Source: a virus
Reading direction: 5' to 3' (one strand)
Virus record (IMG/VR): IMGVR_UViG_3300042885_000725
Coordinates: 5,591-69,590 of that record
DNA: 64,000 bases
The notes under the pieces are model-generated. The model searched no databases, was not told where the DNA came from, and worked only from the letters and a program-made list of their open reading frames with translations. Shown in pieces: positions 57,404 to 64,000 of the stretch; positions within the stretch are counted from its first letter, which is position 1; the number at the start of each line of letters is the position of its first letter. The position numbers and the translations under genes are program-made.

Positions 57404-60400
57404 ATGGCAACATATATACAAGGTGTTACAGATTATATTCCTGATTTTCAACCATTTCAGCCGGATTATAATTTTTATTCAAATGTTTTGCAAGCAAAGC
57501 AAAATCAATATGATACAAATTATAAATCATTAAATAATTTATATGGACAATTGTACTATCAAGACGTTACTAGAGATGATAGTAACAAAATGAAAGATGG
57601 TTATCTTAAAAATATTGACTTTGAGTTAAAGAGAGTATCTGGATTAGATTTATCACTTGATCAAAATGTTGAACAAGCTAAACAAGTTTTTAGACCCATA
57701 TATGAGAATAAGAACTTGATGAAAGATATGGCTCTTACAAAGAACTATATGAATGAAAGATCAAAAGCTACTTCTTTATTAACAAGTAAAAATAAAGAAG
57801 ATAGAATGAGTTATTGGGATGAGGGTATTAAAGATATGGATTATAGATTAGAGGAATTTAAGAATGCTGATGCTTCTAAAGTTTTAAACTTTTCTAATAT
57901 ATCTTACACACCTTATGTAAATGCTACTAAACAATATCTTGACATGGCTAAAGAATACAATTTATCAGTTGATATTACTCAGCCTGATAAATCTGGTATG
58001 TATATGGTTAGACAAAAGAATGGTGATCTTATTATTCCAAGTTTACAAAAATTATTTCTTTCAGCATATGCTAATGATCCTGCTTTACAAAAAGTAAAAG
58101 CAACGGAAGCTTATGTAAAAAGAAAAGATGAAGCAAAAGCAAGAGCTCCAAAGTATAATAATAATGAGGTACTTGCTGAGAAAGAATACTTGAAAGAACA
58201 GTTTTTATTTTTAAAAGATTTTGCTAAACAAAAAACTGAACAATCTGAGGATGCTGTTACTACATCTAACAACAAAAAAAACAGTGTTGAAAGTGACATA
58301 AAAAGTGGAGATGTAAATCCATTTCAACCAGCATTCTTACAGAAGATAGCTCAAGCTATTGAAGTAGATGATATAGTATATCAACATAACAGAAATATAA
58401 GTGATGAGTTAATGTCAGGTGTTAAAACATATAATGGAGCAACTGATATTACAAGTGTAGAAGGTTTAGATTTAGATAATATTGAGTTAGCAAGACAGAA
58501 AGTAGATCTTTTACAAGCAAACTATATTGCTGAAAAAGAAATAATGGATGCTGCAGATAGTTATTCTAGAAATGGGATGATAATTGATTATAAGGTTAAT
58601 CCAATTGGATTAGAGAATATGAGACATTCTAATAATCTTACAAGAGATGCTATCAACAATCAATATGCTAATCAAAGAGCTACTAATAAACTTGTTGCTG
58701 ATAGACAAAATGTTGCTCTTAAATGGCAATTAGATAATGGTTATGCTGAAATAAATCCTGCTACGGGAGAAATTGTTCCAATAGAAACTACTCCTCAATA
58801 TGAAGAAAAAGATGAAGTTGTTACAGCAAATGATGGTGTAAATCAGTTAAAACATAATAGAAAAGTATTATTTGAACAAGTTGATAAATTTGTTCCTGAA
58901 TATGTAGACACTTGGATTAACACTATTAAAAATGGATTACAACTTGGTAGAATAAGTAAATCTGATTTACCTTACTTACTTGGACAAAATCAAGAATGGG
59001 GTCCTAAAATGTGGAATAAGATTATTACAGATTATGATGATCCAGATAAAAGACAAGAGCTAATTAAAGAACTTACTGTTAACCAGAAAATTTTTGATTA
59101 CAGAGAAAGGATGGATAACTGGGCTCAAAAAAATAAAGGTCTTGATGTTGCTAACACTTATAATAAAAAAAGTACAACATCTGGATATAAGCTAGATAAA
59201 ATGAAAACATTTTATGATGCTCATATGATGATCTTAAAAGAAAACAAAGGTAGAATTATTAATACTTTGAGTAGTGCTTTAAAAACTAAGGGTATCACTG
59301 ATGATAAATTAAGATATACAATCATTAATGAATACATGGATAAATACATCACAGGTAAAATTTATGAGGATAGTGACTTTAATGACCATCTAGAAAATAT
59401 ATTTAATAATTTTAAAAAGAAAGGTGTTAATCAAGAGACTCCAGGATTTTTCTCTAGAGTTGGTAAATTTATTGCATCCGCTCCATCTATCGCAGGTGCT
59501 TATTTTTCACCTGATCCTGTTAATATGTATAAGGCAGGTGAAGCACTTAAAGGTGTTACTGAAGGTAGTATAATAAGTATTATGAATGATGCCTACGAAG
59601 GTGTTGTTAAAAATCCTGATCATAAATTAGGGTTACTATCTTATTTACCTAGTTCAAAAAGTTCTGCAACAGGTACAACTGGAGTAGGTGCTACAGCATC
59701 TTCTATTGATGTAAACTTGGGTAGAAAAGATGATAACTATGGTATGTTTAGTCAATTCTTAGAAGATTTAAGAAAAACAAACTTTAATCAAGCTGATATA
59801 AATACACATAGAGTATCCTTAAAAGGTAATGTTTTAGATCCTGATTATAAAGTAGATGTTAATTTAAATAACAATTTAAAAAACATAATGTTTGATCTTT
59901 CAAATCTTGCTAAAAATAAATCTCAAAAAGGTGCACCTACTGTATTTAAACTTTCACAAACTCAAATCGGTGCTGAAAGTCCTGATCTAGGAGCAATGAG
60001 AGTTAAAAATATTCCTGTTGAAATTATTGAAAAATATTTTGACAAAAAAAATGCAGCTGACTTACAGATTATTAATGATATCAAAACAAATGGTATTACA
60101 TACATAGCTCCAAAGAGTTCATGGAATAATAGTTTATTTCAATCCAGCAGAGTTACTCCTACAGAAGCAATATTAAATACTGGTAAAACAATACAATACA
60201 TTGATCCTTCTTATGGACATAAAGTAATTTTAAATAGAGATCCTGTAACAGGTAAGTATATGTATAATGTACTTATAAGAGGTATTGATGATGAAGGTAG
60301 ATATGCTGAAAAAGATTTTAGTGACTTTGCACAAAACTTTGGAGGAAATATAGATTCTGTAGAGTCTGATATCATGGGTGAAATTGCAAAAGTAAATGAC

Positions 60401-60517
60401 CGTATAGATAAAACTTATAAAGATTTTCATAGACAAGGATTTGAAGAGGGTGTAAAAAGACTTAATGAGTCATTTGGTAGTAAATCTTATAAAAATGCAG
60501 GATATAAAGTATTGTAG
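57404..60517 (+). CDS. putative virion cargo/ejection protein
   Basis: MATY.QG...QPFQPD....L..KQ.QYD helical N-terminus; synteny. Confidence 0.7.
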   Translation: MATYIQGVTDYIPDFQPFQPDYNFYSNVLQAKQNQYDTNYKSLNNLYGQLYYQDVTRDDSNKMKDGYLKNIDFELKRVSGLDLSLDQNVEQAKQVFRPIYENKNLMKDMALTKNYMNERSKATSLLTSKNKEDRMSYWDEGIKDMDYRLEEFKNADASKVLNFSNISYTPYVNATKQYLDMAKEYNLSVDITQPDKSGMYMVRQKNGDLIIPSLQKLFLSAYANDPALQKVKATEAYVKRKDEAKARAPKYNNNEVLAEKEYLKEQFLFLKDFAKQKTEQSEDAVTTSNNKKNSVESDIKSGDVNPFQPAFLQKIAQAIEVDDIVYQHNRNISDELMSGVKTYNGATDITSVEGLDLDNIELARQKVDLLQANYIAEKEIMDAADSYSRNGMIIDYKVNPIGLENMRHSNNLTRDAINNQYANQRATNKLVADRQNVALKWQLDNGYAEINPATGEIVPIETTPQYEEKDEVVTANDGVNQLKHNRKVLFEQVDKFVPEYVDTWINTIKNGLQLGRISKSDLPYLLGQNQEWGPKMWNKIITDYDDPDKRQELIKELTVNQKIFDYRERMDNWAQKNKGLDVANTYNKKSTTSGYKLDKMKTFYDAHMMILKENKGRIINTLSSALKTKGITDDKLRYTIINEYMDKYITGKIYEDSDFNDHLENIFNNFKKKGVNQETPGFFSRVGKFIASAPSIAGAYFSPDPVNMYKAGEALKGVTEGSIISIMNDAYEGVVKNPDHKLGLLSYLPSSKSSATGTTGVGATASSIDVNLGRKDDNYGMFSQFLEDLRKTNFNQADINTHRVSLKGNVLDPDYKVDVNLNNNLKNIMFDLSNLAKNKSQKGAPTVFKLSQTQIGAESPDLGAMRVKNIPVEIIEKYFDKKNAADLQIINDIKTNGITYIAPKSSWNNSLFQSSRVTPTEAILNTGKTIQYIDPSYGHKVILNRDPVTGKYMYNVLIRGIDDEGRYAEKDFSDFAQNFGGNIDSVESDIMGEIAKVNDRIDKTYKDFHRQGFEEGVKRLNESFGSKSYKNAGYKVL

Positions 60518-60519
60518 TT

Positions 60520-63500
60520 ATGGCGAAAAATAAGTTTGAAGTAGGTTCTTCTGGATTTAATGTTAACAATCTATCTAATGTAAATAAAATACCTGATGCT
60601 AATAGAGCACTATCCGGTATTTCACCTAATTCACCAAAAGTTAATCCTGTTTCAAATACAGAATTTTTTGATGGGATTGGTACTAGAATAAAACAAATTG
60701 CTGGACAAAATCAAGATAAAAATGAATATGGTAAAGTGTTTGCTTATGATAACAGTCCTTCCGGACCAACATTTAGAGCAAGATATAAAGCTTATGGTCA
60801 AGAAACTTTTAACAAAATAGGTTTTGATCCACGTATTGATAATGAGGCTGTGTATAACCAAAACACAAATACATTTGATGATATGAAAAGATGGGCTACT
60901 AATGCTGCCTTACCAATGGTAGGTCTTGGATTTTTGTCCCCTGTTAATTCTTACGCTAGTGCTTTAGGCTCTGGTGATATTGGAGCTAGTACACAAGAAG
61001 CTAAAGATTATGAATACTATAATGCCTTAGGATACTCAAGTAAAGGTGGTCTAGGTGGATTTACAACAAACTTGCTCAACTCTGTATCTTACTCAGCAGG
61101 TATCTTATTAGAAGGTGTTGCTGAAGGTATGGCAATTGGTGCCGGTGTTGGTTTTGTTGCTGGAGAAGGTGTTGGTGCAATACCTGGTTCTATCATTGGT
61201 GGTGCTGTAAAAGGTATTGAGGCATTCACAAAAATACCTAAAGCTTTATACCAATCAGTAGCAAGTTTAGGTAAGATAAATACAGCAATCAAGGAATTAA
61301 AAAATATAAATAATGCTAAGAACTTCTTTGTAACTGTAGGAAAAGGTGCAGGTAAGTTTTTAAACCCATTAGAAAATACATATGATGCATACAAATCATT
61401 AAAGCAAGTTGATGACATATCTAGATTAGCTAAGACAGCTAAAACTGCCGGTGCATTTTGGCATGATATTATGGGTATGAATATGGCCCTTTCTGAGGGT
61501 AGATTAGAAGGCGGTTTTGCAGAACAAAATGTGTATAATAAATTATACAATGATCATTATGCAAAATATAGTAAAGCTCCATCAACTGAAGAACAGCAAA
61601 AAATGATGGCGCAAGCTAAAAAAGCTGGTTTCAATAATACAATGTGGAATACTAATTTAGTATTTTACTCTAACAAAATTGCATTCCCTTCTATTACAAG
61701 AGCTGGTTTCTTAAAAGGAGCTCCAAGATTTAATTTTGGTAGAGTTGTTGGTGAAGTAGGAAAAGAATTTCAACTTATATTTAATCCTGCAGATGATGTA
61801 GCTAAATCCTATTATTCCAAAGAAGCAATCTCTTTAAAAAATTCTTTAAAAGCATTAAAAAATCCAAAGAAATTAGGAGCTGGTGCTCTTAACTATTTTA
61901 AAAAGAATCTTGTTGAAGGTTTTCAAGAAGTATCACAAGAAGCATTAGCTGCGGCTAATGAGAAATATTATACTGATACTTTTTATAATCCGGCAGCAAG
62001 AGGTTATATGTACGGTTTTGGTGCAATAGCAGATGGTTTTAATAAACAAATGAGTGAGCAGGGGGCTGAAGTATTTGGTTCAGGATTTTTAATGGGAAGT
62101 TTACTAGAAGGACCAAGTAAGTTATTTAAGTTTGGTACTAAAAATTTCAGTAGACTATATACAGACAAAGCAGTATATGAACAAAATCTAAAAGAAAGAG
62201 GAGCTCAAGCTGATAACATTGTTAATGCATTGAATAACATGCATCAAAATGCTAAACACTTTTTTGATCCAAGAATGAGTAATTACTCTACACAAATGCT
62301 ATTAGCTAAAACTGTAGATAATCCTGATAAAGCAAGTACAAAAGAGATTAAAGATTTAGAATTTGCTGCTTTCCAAAGTTCTGTACTTACTTCTTTGAGA
62401 ACAGGTACCTTTGATATGTTTGTTAAAAATCTTGGTGAATATAAATCATTGTCTTCTGAAGAACTAGAAGAAGCATGGTCATTAGAACCGGGTCAAGGAG
62501 AAAAAGCTTTACAAAATATTGATACAGCAATAGCCTCTGCTAAAGTTACTGAAGCAAGATTCAATTATGCTAAAGATAAGTTTAAAGACTTTATTGATTT
62601 AAATAATTATAAAGAAGGCTCTCCTGAACATCAGGCGGCTACAATATATAACCAAGCATACCTAGAATCTATAAATAGTTTTGTGTTCCTACAGAACAGT
62701 TTTGATAACGGACTAAAGAGAATGCAAAAGTTATATGGTACAGCAAGTAAAATTAAAGCATTAGCAGGAAGTCCTTTTGCTAATTTTAGTATTCTTTCTG
62801 ACTCAGATAAATTAAGTGCTCAGATTAATTACTTAATGGAAGAAATTGATTCAGCTATTTCAGTAGGTGATCCAAAACTAGCTGAAGAAGTAAGAAGAAA
62901 AAGAACATTACTTAATGCATTAAATGAATTCCATACAAGTCAAGAAAATATTACTGGTCAAAGTCTTATTGAAGTATTAAATAACTTACAAGAAGATGGT
63001 ACCATTTCTGATCCAAGATTAAATGATTACTTAGGTAGTTTTGAAAAAGTATTAGAAGCAATTGCAATAAACAATAAAGAAGATGGTGCTTTTGAAGACA
63101 GAGATATAGTTAAAGCTAATTTAAGAGCTGAACTTGATAATGATGGAGGTACGCAGAATTTGTTTAACTCACTGTTTGATATTCATCTGTTAAGACATGA
63201 GAATGCTTCAATTGCTAAGTATGTAAACATGTTAGCTGATCCACAAGGTTTTTATGATCATATCAATAAGAACTTTGAGTGGATGAAGAACATGTATAAC
63301 AATAGAAAAGAATATTACAAAGAAATTGTAAACAAAGAAATTACAGATGTAGAAAAGAATGAAGTATTAAATGCTTTAGCTTCTAAAGGTATATTTGTTG
63401 ACTTAGATGAGTTTGCTGAATGGTGTAATAATCCAGACTATATGCCATCATACTTTATTGATACTACAAAAGAGATGATTATTAATCAAGATAGTATTTT

Positions 63501-64000
63501 ATATCCTGATTATGCTAGAATATTTACTGATGCATCAAATGTATTAAAAACAAATCCTGCTGGAGATCCTGCTACATTACAACAACAATATGATGACAGA
63601 TTAGAGGAATTAAAAAAACAAAAATCTGAAGAAGTAAATAAATCTAATGAAGATTTTGAACAAGCATTTCAAGATGAGACAGGTGTTTCTTTACAAGATG
63701 CTTATTCAAAAAACCAAGAAGCTTATGATGCTAATGAGAAATTAGAAAAAGATAAAAAAGAAGCTGAGGTAAAAGTTACAAAGCTTCAAAATTTATTAGA
63801 ACTAATTGGTAAAGATCCGGTAGATTCAGTTGAAATTGTAAAACTTACAGAAGAGCTATTAACTCCAGAAGAAATAGCTGTAGTTGGTGAAGAGATGGAT
63901 GAAGCTTTGGTTGATGCCATAATGGACCGCAACTTTAAAAAAGCTGATCAAGAAACAATGTATAAAGCTGTAGATATTATATATGCTTTAACAGAAAAAT
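60520..64000 (+). CDS. giant ejection protein, N-terminal part (truncated by the window edge)
   Basis: ATG 60520; frame open where checked, through to the window end; Gly/Ala-rich hydrophobic hairpin and EGFQEVSQE motif; absent from the ORF track, consistent with having no stop. Confidence 0.75.
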   Translation, partial: MAKNKFEVGSSGFNVNNLSNVNKIPDANRALSGISPNSPKVNPVSNTEFFDGIGTRIKQIAGQNQDKNEYGKVFAYDNSPSGPTFRARYKAYGQETFNKIGFDPRIDNEAVYNQNTNTFDDMKRWATNAALPMVGLGFLSPVNSYASALGSGDIGASTQEAKDYEYYNALGYSSKGGLGGFTTNLLNSVSYSAGILLEGVAEGMAIGAGVGFVAGEGVGAIPGSIIGGAVKGIEAFTKIPKALYQSVASLGKINTAIKELKNINNAKNFFVTVGKGAGKFLNPLENTYDAYKSLKQVDDISRLAKTAKTAGAFWHDIMGMNMALSEGRLEGGFAEQNVYNKLYNDHYAKYSKAPSTEEQQKMMAQAKKAGFNNTMWNTNLVFYSNKIAFPSITRAGFLKGAPRFNFGRVVGEVGKEFQLIFNPADDVAKSYYSKEAISLKNSLKALKNPKKLGAGALNYFKKNLVEGFQEVSQEALAAANEKYYTDTFYNPAARGYMYGFGAIADGFNKQMSEQGAEVFGSGFLMGSLLEGPSKLFKFGTKNFSRLYTDKAVYEQNLKERGAQADNIVNALNNMHQNAKHFFDPRMSNYSTQMLLAKTVDNPDKASTKEIKDLEFAAFQSSVLTSLRTGTFDMFVKNLGEYKSLSSEELEEAWSLEPGQGEKALQNIDTAIASAKVTEARFNYAKDKFKDFIDLNNYKEGSPEHQAATIYNQAYLESINSFVFLQNSFDNGLKRMQKLYGTASKIKALAGSPFANFSILSDSDKLSAQINYLMEEIDSAISVGDPKLAEEVRRKRTLLNALNEFHTSQENITGQSLIEVLNNLQEDGTISDPRLNDYLGSFEKVLEAIAINNKEDGAFEDRDIVKANLRAELDNDGGTQNLFNSLFDIHLLRHENASIAKYVNMLADPQGFYDHINKNFEWMKNMYNNRKEYYKEIVNKEITDVEKNEVLNALASKGIFVDLDEFAEWCNNPDYMPSYFIDTTKEMIINQDSILYPDYARIFTDASNVLKTNPAGDPATLQQQYDDRLEELKKQKSEEVNKSNEDFEQAFQDETGVSLQDAYSKNQEAYDANEKLEKDKKEAEVKVTKLQNLLELIGKDPVDSVEIVKLTEELLTPEEIAVVGEEMDEALVDAIMDRNFKKADQETMYKAVDIIYALTEK

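Noticed and set aside
6837-61550. Minus-strand ORFs and short out-of-frame plus-strand ORFs in the track (e.g. 7328..7699, 26170..26640, 61089..61550)
   Set aside because: They lie inside long, well-supported + strand genes and have shadow-like composition.
1-64000. Stop-codon reassignment (TAG/TGA), known in some crAss-like phages
   Set aside because: Terminase, portal, MCP and muzzle are full-length in the standard code, and TAG/TGA end genes at sensible boundaries (e.g. 4050, 14872, 20337, 12108).
1-64000. tRNA, rRNA, integrase or transposase
   Set aside because: None recognisable; the intergenic gaps are short and accounted for by terminators and promoter-like motifs.

Overview
This window is 64 kb of a large, AT-rich, crAss-like (Crassvirales-related) phage genome with a Bacteroidota host, probably environmental. 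All credible genes are on the + strand and use the standard code. From left to right it carries: small accessory genes (Acb2/Tad1-like protein, GroES, DUF3310); tail/head fibre genes including tandem duplications; a lysis cassette; a wHTH regulator, an IHF/HU-like protein, a Zn-finger protein and a PD-(D/E)XK nuclease; terminase, portal, scaffold and major capsid protein; nine small Lys-rich genes; an adaptor, a Dps-like protein and a Cys-rich structural block; IHF-like, ring and muzzle genes; and large cargo/ejection proteins running off the right end. Four signals are not explained by these annotations: (i) a [MFYA]xxGG motif shared by the small basic proteins and the cargo proteins that divides them into cassettes; (ii) a 17-bp palindromic operator-like site next to the wHTH gene; (iii) a recurrent TATATTA late-promoter-like motif; (iv) a hairpin whose loop is antisense to an AAACCAACAAA leader found before four genes. 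All family assignments come from motif recognition and synteny, not from database searches.
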